Shown here in pieces: positions 25,408-41,419 of a stretch of 64,000 nucleotides of DNA (positions within the stretch are counted from its first letter, which is position 1; the number at the start of each line of letters is the position of its first letter). The stretch comes from Octopus bimaculoides (taxonomy: Eukaryota). The notes under the pieces were generated by a model that saw only the letters and a program-made list of their open reading frames with translations, did no database searches and was not told the DNA's origin. Where the stretch lies: positions 134,749,906-134,813,905 of the forward strand of contig NC_068981.1 of the NCBI RefSeq assembly GCF_001194135.2, in the 5' to 3' direction. A program made the position numbers and the translations under genes.

Positions 25408-25438
<31 letters not shown>

Positions 25439-26250
25439 GTTATTATTGAGTGAGAGAGCATTGCATGCCATCAAATTGACACTGGGGTAAAATATATGAA
25501 GCCCGGTATACTCACAATGACTGCCTGTCTGATAAGGGTACACTAAGCACATGCATCACAACCATATGTGCGCGACATGGTGATTTCATATCAAGACAAA
25601 CAGCACATGACCTCGCAGGTGGGGCCCAGTTAGAATTTCTTCAGGCCAAGTAGCCCATCTCACTTAAAAGGTCCCTGATTAAGGGTTGTTTAAGGATGTT
25701 TCCAGAGCTGAATTATCCAAACCCCAAAGAATTCCTCTCAACACATGGCTATGATGCTCCCCCACTACTCTGCTCATGATCAGAGATGCACATATCGTCA
25801 GCCACTAAGGGACATGCTCAACTAGTTAAGGTCAAACAACTGACAAGCAGATCTGTGGTATTGAGCAGAATATTTGCTGTAGCCCATCTTTTATACCAAG
25901 ACAAAACAATGTACATGATGACACTTCCAATCAGTTAAGATAAGAAGCCATGAGAGTCACTACCTGGTACTACATTATTATTATGATTATTATTATTATT
26001 ATTGGGTGTTGGTATTGTTCTTTACATTCTGAGTTCAAATTCTGTTGGGATCAACTTTTCTTTTTATCCTTTCAAAGTGAATAAAATTAAATGTTATGTA
26101 CTGACTCTCTCCTCCCAAAATTTCTGGCCATTTGCGTAAATTAGAAAAAGATTATTATTCTTAGGGTCATGGATTGGTAGAATCATTAGATCATCAGAAA
26201 GAAATACCTTGTGGTATTTGTTCCAACTCTTTACACTCTGAGTTTAAATC
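23960..26250 (+). mobile_element. Array of about seven head-to-tail family-A SINEs separated by (ATT)n, with family-D insertions
   Basis: Repeated ggtggcgagctggcagaatc heads (24113, 24384, 24577, 24946, 25203) and gcctttcatcc...gataaa domains. Confidence 0.9.
25448..25973 (-). mobile_element. Family-D ~530-bp non-autonomous element inserted in (ATT)n
   Basis: Near-identical copy at 35161-35694; a short copy at 24807-24879 keeps only the gagtgagagagc end, so that end is probably the 3' end with an (AAT)n tail on minus. Confidence 0.85.
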
Positions 26251-29200
26251 CTGTTTCAAACCCTAATCTCAACATGATGTCATGTGGGTAAGTCTTAGAG
26301 TTTTTGGTTATAAATTTGTCTGTCTTTTTTTATCATTCCCACAGCACTTATTATTATGGGTAATGTTTCTGTTTACACATCTAGTTTTCTACATTTCCAG
26401 ATCCTTATATTTGGATAATTTCTACATTTCACTTAGAAATATCTTGTCATCTGTTGGAATTGGTATATCAATTTAGAGATATATTTTTTATTATGGTCTT
26501 TGACAATAATATCCAGATGGTTTGTTCTAATCTATTTGTATAAATTGGAACATCTCAAAGTATAATCTCTGTCTGTCATTCTCTGAGACCATTTTCTGTG
26601 GATATTTCATAATCATGGAATAGTTTATGCTCTATGAAAGCTCCATCTTTGCCAGGTCTCTTTATATATTCCATTGTGATTAAGACTGGACTGTGAGACA
26701 TATGTCATTGACTCCGTTTTTACAGCCTCTACATTTTCTGCAATTCCCTGTTGCCTTAATGTATGATTTTGGTATCCAGAGTATGCATTTAAGGCAATAT
26801 TAAATTAGAATTATGTATCATGCTTAATGTATATACACTGTTGTTAGGCCAGTTACTGTGGTAGCTATCCTGAGATAACATCTCTTATGGATTTGATGTG
26901 TTAAAAACACTGTCTATCATACATACAGATGCACATATACAACATACATGGGATGAATTTTCATCTTTTTTATATATACTGTGCTTTTAACACAGCTAGT
27001 CCATAAGAGAGTTACCTCAGGACAAATACCACAATAACAAGCCTGTTGACAGCACATACATTACATATGATACATACATGGCTAATACAATTTTGATCAT
27101 TTCTGGTGGGAAGGCTTTTTCTTGTGCTGTTATCAAAACACCTTTGACCTCAGCTTTGTTTCCTGTGCTTCTCATCTAATGTTAATTTTTTCCTAAATTT
27201 TACATCTTTTCCTCAGACTTGGTAGTATTGGCCATGTAGGAACTTTTCCTTGCTACCATGATATTTTGTAGTCCCATTTTTAATAAAGTTTCAAATTTTC
27301 TTTATACTTTCTCTTGCAGTTTCTTCTTATAGCCTCCACCATTTGTTTTAATTTTTAGATCTCCTTGAAGATGTAAAACTAGTTTTTCATTTTGTTCATA
27401 TTTTGAAGTTATTTGTATTTAGTTCCTCTTTATTCTTTATTAGATATTTATAGTCCTACAGGTGATATTTCAAAATAATTTTCTAGTTTCTGAAAACCTC
27501 TGCATCCTTGTAAATACTACATAGAATGTTGCTCGTCAAAAAAAAAAAAAAAATACATACACATTATAAATAGTTTATTTAATCAAAAAAATACTTCATT
27601 CAATCCTTTTAATGGGTCTCCATTTATGACTTTGATTTCCTTCATGGCTCACTCTGGAAGCTCCCATCTCCAGAATGAAGTTTCTGAAACCCACCACTGC
27701 ACTATATACAAATTGATATAATTCCCAATAAGTATTTGCATTACATCTGGGTTTTTTTTTTCTGTGCTTATTTGAGGTAGTATTTTTAATGTTGGATACT
27801 CTTCATATCACCAACTTTTTCCTGTTTTAGAAGTAAGTACATGCACAGCACACACACAGACAGATAGAGAGAGACAGACAGATAGAGAGAGACAGACAGA
27901 TAGAGAGAGACAGACAGACAGACAGACTATTGGTTTTCGTGTAGTTTCACTCTACCAGTTTCATTGACAAAGCATATGCCATCCCAAAGTAATAATAAAA
28001 GAAACTTTTCCAAGTTGCTGTACAGTGGAACTCAACTGAAGGCCAGAAGGTTGTGAAGTGAACTTCTAAACCACACAGTTATACATGTTCCTAAACATAT
28101 CTCCACTTCAGTATATAATCATATACTTTTCAATTCTATCAGCTTATACTTGAGGCAGGAAACTAAAAATTAGTTTGGAAATATTAAAGTAATTGTTCAT
28201 CTCTTTTTGAAATTTTCCTTTTAATTGGTTCATTATCTAAATCATTCCAAGAACTAACTGGCTCTATTCTGATGATGTCATGATGTGTATGCCCACTTGA
28301 TGGTTATCAAATATAAATTTATTGACAAGCTCCTAAAAATAAATGTTTGGCTGTTTGCCCATTATTGTCCTAATCATAGCCATGTTTTTGTTTTGCTTTG
28401 TTTTTTTTTTTAAATTTGAACCTTTGAATTCATGAATAAATCATAATATCATTTTGATTAAATTGATTGTCATAACACATTCTTTGTAGAATCAATTTAA
28501 ATATCATTAACTATTAAAATTTAATTAGTTTGCATTTATAGTAATTTACAACCAATCCTTGAGAATTAACAGCTATCCTTTGCCAAACATTTATTTAGCT
28601 CATTAATTTATGTTAGCAATGTTCAGGTGTTCATATTCTAAGAATATGAACTGAAGAATTTAGTCCATATTTGAGAATTTAGATAAATATATTTTACTTT
28701 GATGTATTATATTTTTTCATCAACTTTATTTTTAATCTCTACATTTGGGAAAGCTGCAATTTATCATATAACAACACTCTTATCGTTTCTGCTAATTTAT
28801 TTCACATTATTAATTACTCTCACCTTAAATGAGTTAGTAATTAAATTGGAACTTATTTATTAGTATAGGCCGTTGCATGATAAACAGGTGTCATGATACC
28901 TGTGAAACATGATTTGCATATTGATTTAGCAATTATTGGTATAATGTAAATCAAATTAAGAACTTAAATAAAGTATATAAATTAAGAAATGAATCTTAAT
29001 CATTGTGATTGTTGGATGGTGTAATAATTATTGTTGGCTATGAAAGTTGAATAAATTTAAAATGGAAACACTGAGGCTCTAAGTAAAACAAAATCAAAAT
29101 ACCAAATATATTAAACTCTATAAATTTAATTACATATTTAAAATAGCATAGAAGATTTAGTAAAATAAATAATTATATAAAGTCTTATGCTGAAGCTTTA

Positions 29201-29934
29201 GAATCCTGCTGTATTCACATATTCCTTTGTTGGCATGATTATTGCATGTAACAACTTTAATTACAAAATCTTACATTGGAATCTATCATAATTCAATCAT
29301 GAACTACATTGACTAATTTATAGGACAATGTCAAGAGTTTCTTTTAAAATCACAGATGAAATGTCTGTAACCTTGGTGTTCAACAATTAACACCAAACAA
29401 ATGACAGGTATAATTCTATATCAGCATTACAAATTGCTATATAATACTAACTCCAGATAATACCATTTATAGCATTTTACCACTGCTGTTATCAGTGACC
29501 ATTCCAAAAACAAACAGTACAAAATGCCAACTGAACAAAAGGTTAACAACAGTGAAGTTCACTTGAAATGTCAAGATTACCTCAGTATTTAATTTTGTTA
29601 TTTAAACACTAAAAAGCAAAGATAACTTTTCAAAAAATAATGATAAAGCATATAGAGATGAAAAAACAATAATATTTTCTCTGATATAAAAGTATAAGCA
29701 TGTACATACATGTATGGTAGTGAAATGGCAGGGTCATTAGATAGGCTGCCTCACTGACTTTACCTTGACTGTATGCGCTCTGGGTTCACTTCCTACTGTA
29801 ATCAACTTTACCTTTCATCCTTTCAGGGTTGATAAAAAAAAATGTGGCCATCCAGAGTGGTGGATTGGCACAACTGTTAAAGGGCTGGGCAAGATGCTTT
29901 GTGATACCTGTTTGAGTTCTTTGTGTTCTGACAA

Positions 29935-30070
29935 CAATCATCATCAACAGCAGCATTTAATGTCCATGTTCCATGCTGGCATTGGTTAGCCAAGGACAGC
30001 GCTGTAAGCCAGTGTCTCTTTTGGCATTGTTTCTACAGCTAGATTCCCTTTCTAATACCAACCACTTCAT
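29935..30070 (-). mobile_element. Decayed RTE-type 3' end
   Basis: catcatcaacagcagcatttaatgtccatgttccatgctggcatt and tttctacagctagattccctttctaataccaaccac reverse-match 31990-32120. Confidence 0.65.
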
Positions 30071-31390
30071 GCTACTGGTATTAGTAAGGTTGCCATGCAG
30101 CTCACAAGACTATGAATCCAGAGGGAGAGTGGCTTTATGCTAGGAAATAAGGAGTTAAAGTGTAAGGACAGGGCAGATGCTTGCTGTAGAGGAGCTACAT
30201 GGCTATTCGTATTTCGAAGACAGAGTGAGACTAGTCGGCAGGAGCCAAGCTATATTGAGTGCCAGCCTTGCTCAAAATAAAATCTTTCTCAGGTTTGTGC
30301 ATATATGAGAAGATATATGCCCAATCTTGACCAACAGAGGCCTGGAATTATAATAATTTTTCCTATTCGTTAACTACATACACTGAGTAGTAAGCTTGAT
30401 CTGTTGCTCAGCTTAATGTTACAACCTGCTTCTTATCAAAGTCCCTTTTGCTATGAATATTCAGGCCAGTGGTTTGGGAATAATCTTATCTTGTCTTCTG
30501 ACCAGTCATAAAGGACCTGGAAAGGATTATGGGGCACTGATTAATTCATTGTAAGAGAAAGCAGGAAAAGATTGAATGTGGTAATAAATTCTCAGTGAGA
30601 CAACATTAACTGTGAATGTTTATAGCAATTGGAACTAGTTTGAGTATAAGGAGTAAATCAACTAAAGATTAAAAAAATGATTTATTACATGCATTGTGCT
30701 AATACTCTACATAGACTAAGTTTACTTGAATGGAAGAGCTTAAGTTACACAAACACACACATACTCTTTCACTCACATTATATATTTTATATTTTTATGT
30801 AGAATACAGCATTAATCAGAAGTATTGAAACAATAAATTTAAATATTACAAAGCCTGGCTATGGAGGAAATAAGAATGTGAATGCATCCATTCTATGCAG
30901 AACGTTTTATACTGAATTGTTAATAAAAATAAGGATATTTCTGATTAAAAAATAGGTTAGAGAAGTAAAGTTACAGTGGTGTTAATAATTTGGTTCAGTT
31001 CCTCCTATACCCTCAACCACATTGTGTAGCAAGTTGATGCCACTGGTTTCTGTTGCCTGTGGTTTTCTTTGCATCCGGACATATAGTATTGGCTTCTCAC
31101 ATGTCAATTGCTATGCCACATAGCTCTTCAGACTTTCTCTCTTTCTATTTCTCTCTGTTGGTGTCCATTTAAAAGCTGTTTTAGTCTGACACTGTTCTGT
31201 TAGCCTGAATATGTGAGCTGCTGGTTTTAATCTTCATTCTCTGATTATTTTACTTAGTGGTCTGGTGTCAACTCTCTTTAGAATGTCTTCATTGGTCATG
31301 TGGTCTTACCAGTATGTTCCCAGAATCCTTTGGGACACATTTAGCTTTCTGTCAGTTTTCACAACATTCTTCCGTTTTCTCACTGGCATA

Positions 31391-32123
31391 TGCCAGTATG
31401 CTCCGTTGGATGTGTAATGTCAATGTGAATACCCGTCAGAGTGTAAGTATCTTGAGAGAAAAGCTGAACATTAGAAGCATCAGTTGTGGCGTGCAAGAGA
31501 GACGATTGCGCTGGTATGGACATGTGGTGAGAATGGAGGAGGATAGCTGCGTGAAAAAGTGCCACACCCTAACAGTTGAGGGAACCCGTGGAAGAGGTAG
31601 GCCCAGGAAGACCTGGGCTGAGGTGGTGAGGCAAGACCTTCGTACATTGGGCCTCACCGAGGCGATGACTACGGACCGAGNNNNNNNNNNNNNNNNNNNN
31701 NNNNNNNNNNNNNNNNNNNNNNNNNNNNNNNNNNNNNNNNNNNNNNNNNNNNNNNNNNNNNNNNNNNNNNNNNNNNNNNNNNNNNNNNNNNNNNNNNNNN
31801 NNNNNNNNNNNNNNNNNNNNNNNNNNNNNNNNNNNNNNNNNNNNNNNNNNNNNNNNNNNNNNNNNNNNNNNNNNNNNNNNNNNNNNNNNNNNNNNNNNNN
31901 NNNTGCGGGTGGCACATAAAAGACACCATTTCGAGCGTGGCCGTTTTCGTGCGGGTGACACGTAAAAGCACCCACTACACTCTCTGAGTGGTTGGCGTTA
32001 GGAAGGGCATCCAGCTGTAGAAACTCTGCCAAATCAGACTGGAGCCTGGTGTTGCCATCCGGTTTCACCAGTCCTCAGTCAAATCGTCCAACCCATGCTA
32101 GCATGGAAAGCGGACGTTAAACG
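31391..32123 (+). mobile_element. Young 5'-truncated RTE-clade LINE with (GAT)n tail
   Basis: Open frame ASMLRWMCNV...RRLRWYGHVVRM...GRGRPRKTWAEVVRQDL; gap 31681-31903; CpG-rich 3' UTR ending gttaaacgatgatgatgat. Confidence 0.92.
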
Positions 32124-32936
32124 ATGATGATGATGATGATGATAGTTAATAATAACTCAATTCAGCTATTGGTTAAGTAATAAGTGAATGAAGCTGTTAT
32201 AGAGCATAATTTCTTAGACAGTATCAAGAAAACTAAGCAACAAGCTTATATCAGCATAAATTAAATCAATAGAACCTCTTTTAGGCATTATATTTCTAAT
32301 TCTTATACATTTCTTTCAATTTTCATTGAATCTTTTTTTTTTTAATTAAGTTTAGATCTTTATAAGTCATTTCAAGTGAATAAAAAAAATAAGACTTTTT
32401 TCCTCTTTTTTTGTTGATCTTTACTATAACTTAGTTTGAAATTTGTATTTTTTTTCATTTTTTCCCCTCCTTTCTTATTCATGTGCAGTGATTCTTTTTT
32501 TAAATTCCATCAACAATCTTCATTCAGTTTTTGTTTGTTTATTTTTTAAATAACAGCAGTATATGAATTAGCTTCTTTTTTTTTTTTTATCTAGTCCATT
32601 CTTTCATTTTATATCTGCATTGATATTTATGAACATCTCTTGTTCTCTTAATGCAACCATAGCCATCATCTCAATCAACATCTGTTTCTCTTGTATAGAT
32701 TGAAAGCCAGTCTTACATCATACTAGATGTACTCTCCTGCTAACATCAGATTATGTGTACTATACTACCAACATCATGCTGAATGTACTATACTGATGAA
32801 CAGACAAGAGTTATTAAAACGATCTAGAAATAAACTTTTTTTTTTCTTTAACTATTCATCTTCATTTACAAATCCTTCAAGTTAGAATTTAATACAAATA
32901 TTTATCAAGCCTTTATTACCTATTGACATCTTTCAC

Positions 32937-33000
32937 CAGTCCTCAGTTAAATCGTCCAACCCATACTAGCATGGAAAGTGGACGTTAAACGATGATGATG
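32937..33000 (+). mobile_element. 64-bp RTE 3' tail insertion
   Basis: ccagtcctcagttaaatcgtccaacccatactagcatggaaagtggacgttaaacgatgatgatg matches 32068-32123. Confidence 0.85.
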
Positions 33001-33077
33001 ATATATATATATGTGTGTGTGTGTGTAGAAATATGTATATACACATATATGTATATATATGCATATATATGGATATG

Positions 33078-33119
<42 letters not shown>

Positions 33120-33131
33120 TATGTATATAGG

Positions 33132-33188
<57 letters not shown>

Positions 33189-34174
33189 TATTTTATTTAA
33201 AAGAGTTCCAACTCTGTCTGTTTTTTATGTTTTATTTATATTCTTGTAAAATTAATGTGGGATATAGAATATGGAATATACAATATATAATATAAAAATG
33301 GATGGTACAATGAAATGAAGTATTGAATGTCTTATTGAATATATGGAATATGTCTTATTGAATATATGAAATATTGAGTGTTCAATATAAAGGATTAAAT
33401 ATANNNNNNNNNNNNNNNNNNNNNNNNNNNNNNNNNNNNNNNNNNNNNNNNNNNNNNNNNNNNNNNNNNNNNNNNNNNNNNNNNNNNNNNNNNNNNNNNN
33501 NNNNNNNNNNNNNNNNNNNNNNNNNNNNNNNNNNNNNNNNNNNNNNNNNNNNNNNNNNNNNNNNNNNNNNNNNNNNNNNNNNNNNNNNNNNNNNNNNNNN
33601 NNNNNNNNNNNNNNNNNNNNNNNNNNNNNNNNNNNNNNNNNNNNNNNNNNNNNNNNNNNNNNNNNNNNNNNNNNNNNNNNNNNNNNNNNNNNNNNNNNNN
33701 NNNNNNNNNNNNNNNNNNNNNNNNNNNNNNNNNNNNNNNNNNNNNNNNNNNNNNNNNNNNNNNNNNNNNNNNNNNNNNNNNNNNNNNNNNNNNNNNNNNN
33801 NNNNNNNNNNNNNNNNNNNNNNNNNNNNNNNNNNNNNNNNNNNNNNNNNNNNNNNNNNNNNNNNNNNNNNNNNNNNNNNNNNNNNNNNNNNNNNNNNNNN
33901 NNNNNNNNNNNNNNNNNNNNNNNNNNNNNNNNNNNNNNNNNNNNNNNNNNNNNNNNNNNNNNNNNNNNNNNNNNNNNNNNNNNNNNNNNNNNNNNNNNNN
34001 NNNNNNNNNNNNNNNNNNNNNNNNNNNNNNNNNNNNNNNNNNNNNNNNNNNNNNNNNNNNNNNNNNNNNNNNNNNNNNNNNNNNNNNNNNNNNNNNNNNN
34101 NNNNNNNNNNNNNNNNNNNNNNNNNNNNNNNNNNNNNNNNNNNNNNNNNNNNNNNNNNNNNNNNNNNNNNNNNN

Positions 34175-34213
<39 letters not shown>

Positions 34214-34627
34214 TATATAATGTACATACAAATATGGTAACTATTTAAAAATTATTTGTTACATTTTATTAGATTGTTCTCTTTACCCTTTCTTCTCTCC
34301 TTTGTTTATAACCAAAGATATTTTATCACATAAGGAATAGCAACACTAGAACCAACTCTGATCAATGTATTCTTATGTCTTTTTTTATCAACTTCTATTT
34401 ATTTATCATTATCCTTATCACCTTGCTAATATCATTGCCATTATTAGCACTGCATGATGGCACTCTGGTATAATTCCAGATATTTTTATGCACTTCTGTA
34501 TGTAAGTGGTTTGCTGTTCTCTAAGTGTGTGTGGGTATGTAAAATATGCATACACACACACTCACACACTATTTTCTATACTTATACACTTTTTTTGTTT
34601 CTTGCAATGATGATGATGATGATGATG

Positions 34628-34666
<39 letters not shown>

Positions 34667-34723
34667 GCTACTACTATTATTATAATCATCATCATCATCA
34701 TCATTATTATTATTATTATTATT

Positions 34724-36470
<1,747 letters not shown>

Positions 36471-39400
36471 ATTGATAATAAATACAAACAACAATGAGAT
36501 ATTGTTTCAGGTATAATCAATACATATATCACTTGATACAAAATGTGTAAGAAATTAGATTAGAGTAGTTTAAATGTATAAGCTGACAAATTTACTTGAG
36601 AATTTTTATCTAAAGCCAGCAGCTATTTTCTTTGTATATGATGTTGAATTAATCAGTTTTCAAGCAGTTACTAAAGTTGTATTTATTTTCCTCTGTTAAT
36701 CAACACTCAGCTAGAAAAAAGGATGTTGTTCCTTCTAGCCGCAACAAATGTGTTGCAAATTGTCTTTCATGGAAACAATGTATCTATGGTTTTTTTCCTT
36801 ATGAACTTTTGTATTTAAACTTACTTCAACTACATTGGCTTGTGTGTGTGTGTGTGTGTGGGTGTGTTTTCCTCAGCTTGTTCCAATGATCTAGAAGAAT
36901 GCTTGCAACCATCTATCAAAATAGGCAGCTTTAGAAGGCTTAAAAAATTCTATCAATTTTTAAAGGTCAATAATATACTAAAACAGATATTTAGCTATAC
37001 ATTTGCTCATTTAGAACAATGTATTGATCATTGACTTAAACTTTTGCAGTTTTTCTTTATTTTTGGGGGGGTGTTTTTTTCTTTTTTTTTCTCCATTTTC
37101 TTCAATCATAAGCTGCGACTATAATTTCAAATAAAACCCTATAAATCTCTAAATATGTATATATATATATACATATAATCAAAATGTATATATATTTCAT
37201 CCTTTCTCTTTGCTTTGTCTCTTTGTAAGATAAACAAAAATATAAAACATCTATTAAAAGTGTGTGTATGTGTATGAGAGAATGAGAAATGAGATTGTAT
37301 ACATATTGCTTGTCAACACTTGGAAGGATTGTTATCTATCATATATCTTTCAGTTTATATTATCGGTACATATTTATAACTAGGTGCAGTATGGCCAAAT
37401 AGTTAAGAAGTTCACTTTACAAAATGACCCTGAGTTCATAGCATCTTGAGCAAATGTTATTTTTTATAGCCTTCATTCAACCCATACATTGTGAATGAAA
37501 CTGGGGGCATACATAAAATGTATTGAAACCCATCGGTTGAATATTGCCTATAATTCACAAACAAGTACAGCTTTGTCACATTGTTTCATGCTGATTCTGT
37601 CTGATAGTTATGTTAATGGTAGACATATCTGTAGAATGCTCAACCACTTACATATTAATTCAGGAATATTTCAGTTTGATCAAACAACTGAATCCTCATA
37701 CATGTTTATATATTTCATAATTTGGCCAAAGTTGTTGCAGGACTGCTTCAAGGTTAGGTTCTTTATTTCATTAAAATGGAAATTTTGGAGTTGTCTTCTC
37801 CTGTCTTTACTACTGCTACTACTATCATTATTATTATTATTGTTGTTGTTGTGTGTATCTGTTTTTGTATATGTGTATGCATAATAACCCACAAATAAAG
37901 AATATTCATTCACCGAATGCAGTGTTGAACACTCATTCTTACTGTTCAGTACTATCGTGTGTGTGTGCTTGCAGGGGAACCAGAATTAGTAATTTAGAAA
38001 ATTATTATTTTCATCATTAAGGGTGGTGTTATGTTAATTGAAAAATGCTTTTTAGCACCAACATCATGTACCCACTTTATGTATTATTAGTAGACTTGAG
38101 TATAATTCAAGAAACTTATAATAAAATTAACTGAATATTGTATTCACAAAAAAGGCTGCTATTGTTTGAAATAAAATGAAATCACTACTCTGTAGCAACT
38201 ACAATAAAATAGGTATTGTTCCTTAAATAATATCTAAGTTTATTTCCATAATAATAAATTTATCTCCATAATTTCAATGATTATAACAAAAATAATTTTT
38301 TCTTTTAATATCTTGTAAATACAGAATTTTTATAGTTCTAAATCAGGAAATTTTATATGAATTTAAGTTTAGGTGAAATTGACTAAAGGAAGGTCCTAGA
38401 ATACAATTAAATCATAGATTTGTGTTTAATTGTTTCTTTCCAGTAACTACTTTGCCATTTCATTTCCTTTTTACATCATCAATTCTAGAAAGCTCCTTAT
38501 TATACTTTTCTATATAAAGTATCTTCACTTGCCTTTTTTCTTAAATTGATTTTTTTTTTTCATCTGGACTAATTTTGCCAATTTATTAGCACTCAGTGAG
38601 CATGCAGATTTCTTTCTTAGAATCCACCACATATTATAATCTTTGCATGCAAGCAAGTCACTCAATGCATGCTTTCTGCAAACTATTTGTAACATCTAAA
38701 ATATAAAAAAATATCTATTGTTGTATGAAATGGCATTGGCGGGAGAGTAATCAGCTAAATTGAAGAATCATCAACTTGTTTTAATGTGAAACTATTGTCT
38801 ATTATTTGAAATGTGTGATATGAAATGTTGATGATGATGATGGTGTATTGTTTATGATGCTGATATTGCTCTTGTCTTTGTCTGAAGTTCTTTAATGTTA
38901 GATATTTTTCAAACTTTATTATTATTATTATTATTATTATTATTTTCTTAATTATTAATATTCAAATGATTTCAATGCATAATTTATGTAAAAAAATATA
39001 TATTTCCTGCATGTGACTATGTAACAATTTGATGCAAGTATTACATTATATAAGGTAATATATTTCTATTTCAAAACTTGATGATAATAATTAAATAGTT
39101 TTGCTCGCATTCTAGAATGTTGAGTGAATCTTTAAAACTAATTCAACATAATCCTCTTAAAACATCCAACTAATATGTTCTTTACATGCCATTCGCTAAT
39201 AATTCCTTGTTTCTCATGATCATTCTCTCTTATCTTTACCTAAATACTCTCATCAGTTTTAGCTGTTTCAGTGTCTGCATTTATTTATATATTTATCTTT
39301 TCACATTTTGATCTATTACTACTGTCCCTTGAAATGATTCTTCATGCTACATCACTTTATCACCATGAATTAGGATACACTACTCTACAATGTACACTAC

Positions 39401-39822
39401 TGTCAATAGAATATAGTCTGCAGTAAACTACACTGCAATATTATATCGCTATATTGTATCCATTCTTAATGGCTGAGGTTTCATTCTCTCCTGTACTTTA
39501 ACAGTTTTTAGCAATGTTCAGCAAAGCTTAAATAGGTATTCTTCTATTTAGATTTTAATAAAACTAGATCCATCTCAAAGCATCAAGGAGAATGAATTAG
39601 CTGAATTTGTTCTTTTAGCAGAAATAATTAAATGAAAATGTCCATGGACTTTGAAATTAGTTATTAATAAGTATTACAAGGTTTATTGTTTATACCAAAA
39701 TTATTAATGTATGTCATAAAAATTCAGAAACTTTGAGAGATTTGAAATAATTTGTAGATAAACCTATGAATAATAGTGTTTGAATATTGGGCTAAAAATC
39801 CCTTTGGACAGAAAAAGTCAAA

Positions 39823-40040
39823 AGCAGTGAGCTGGCAGTAACATTAGTGTTGGGAAAATACTTTGCAGTATTTCTACTAGCTCTTTACATTCTTTGTCAA
39901 ATTCTACTCAAGGTCAATTTTGCCTTTCATCTTTTCGGGCTTGATAAAATAAGTACCAGTTAAGCATTGAGGTCGTTGTAATTAACAAACCACCTCACCC
40001 TAAAATAACTGGCTTTGTGCCAAAATTTTAAACCATTATA
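39823..40040 (+). mobile_element. Family-A SINE
   Basis: gcagtgagctggcag head; caattttgcctttcatcttttcgggcttgataaaataagtaccag. Confidence 0.8.
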
Positions 40041-40043
40041 TTT

Positions 40044-40345
40044 AACACCATTCAAGCGTGGTCAATGCCAGTGCCGCCAGACTGGCTCCCATGCTGATAG
40101 CACATGAAAAGTGCCATACGAGTGTGGTCGATGCTAGCGACATGTAAAAAGCACCATTCAAGCATGGCTGATGCCAGTGCTGCCTGACTGGCCCACATGC
40201 CAGTGGCAAGCGAAAAGCACCTACTGCACTCTTGGGGTGGTTCGTATTAGGAAGGGCATCCAGCTGTAGAAACCTTGCCAGATCAGATTGGAGCCTGGTG
40301 CAGCCTCCTGGCTTGCCAATCCTCAAACTGTCCAACCCATGCCAA
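40044..40345 (+). mobile_element. RTE 3' UTR fragment with internal repeated units
   Basis: Repeated caccattcaagc(g/a)tgg..gatgccagtgc units followed by ttaggaagggcatccagctgtagaaac, as at 31904-32100. Confidence 0.8.
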
Positions 40346-41419
40346 TGGCAGTTTTGGCATGGTTGTGAAATTAATAAAAGAAATTAGAGTTTGTTATGTT
40401 AATGATTTTTATAAGGCACTAGTAAAGTAAGTGAAGTATTTCTAAATTTGAAGCAAAGCCAAGACACAGTCATGGCTTGCAGTAAGCTGTGATAAGTAAT
40501 TGTAATTAAGATTATCTTTTTAATGAAGTCTTCATTATAAGAAACTTCCATTCTACCAACAAGGTAACAACAGAATAGGTTTTCTCTTTAATTTAATGAT
40601 ACTAATCACATCTTTGGACAAAAATGTGTTTTTGCTACGCTTAAGTATATATTCTCATAGTAGTGAAAATAAAAGAGGTGATTTTATTTACTATATCAGA
40701 TGAAATAAAACTCTTGTTTCCATAGTTCTGTAGCCAATAAATGTCTAAAACTATTGTAAAATAATTCATGAATTACTAACTCAACTCATATTAACATGCT
40801 ACTAAGACTAATTGATTCCATACTACACATATCTGAAAATAGTGATTTTAAACACAAAATTAATTGTGATGGCAAGAGAATAATTAATTTTGATAATGTT
40901 TAATCAACGAAGAATTGAAACCAATTGTCATTGTAGATTCTAACTGAAAGACATCAGTAATATGTCTCATTAATATTTTTCACTCATTTATATATCATCA
41001 TGAATTTAGATTGCAATGAAAAATTCAGACATCTTTAATACTCTTTTGATATTAGCTGCTCACTTACTATATACTGGAATTGGTATGCAGGGCAAATAGA
41101 GTAATGTGTCTTGTTCAACATGTAAGCTGTATGATTTTAGTTTAGTGTGTCAATTTTTCCACTACAATATATCTAACAGCTAAATGGTATGTTATTTGCC
41201 TTATATAAGATGTTTTATTCCAACTTAGTCAGTCATGTTCAACTACACTTACAGTTGGTAGTTTTCAGCTTGCTGTGTTGTTAGCACACCAGGCAAAATG
41301 CTTAGTTTAAATTCTGAGTTCAAACTCTGCTGAGGTCAACATTAAGTTTCACATATTCCACTCTAACTAAACCAAACACATTACAAAACATAATGTTAGA
41401 TTGCATTATAATTATTTCA

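Noticed and set aside
25448-25973. U2 snRNA-like or hammerhead-like words in family D (cttatcag, ctgataag, ctgaataa)
   Set aside because: Matches are too short and no full snRNA or ribozyme fold could be built.
23960-26250. Repeat-spacer look reminiscent of a CRISPR array
   Set aside because: Units are ~200-bp eukaryotic SINEs with microsatellite spacers; no cas genes.
33374-34240. ORFs of 120-360 aa spanning N runs (also 41.9-42.4, 56.1-57.2, 62.4-63.1 kb)
   Set aside because: Open only because N codons are not stops.
36695-36968. Two acceptor-like sites opening ARKKDVVPSS... and ACSNDLEECLQP...
   Set aside because: Donors weak and phase inconsistent with the better-supported exons.
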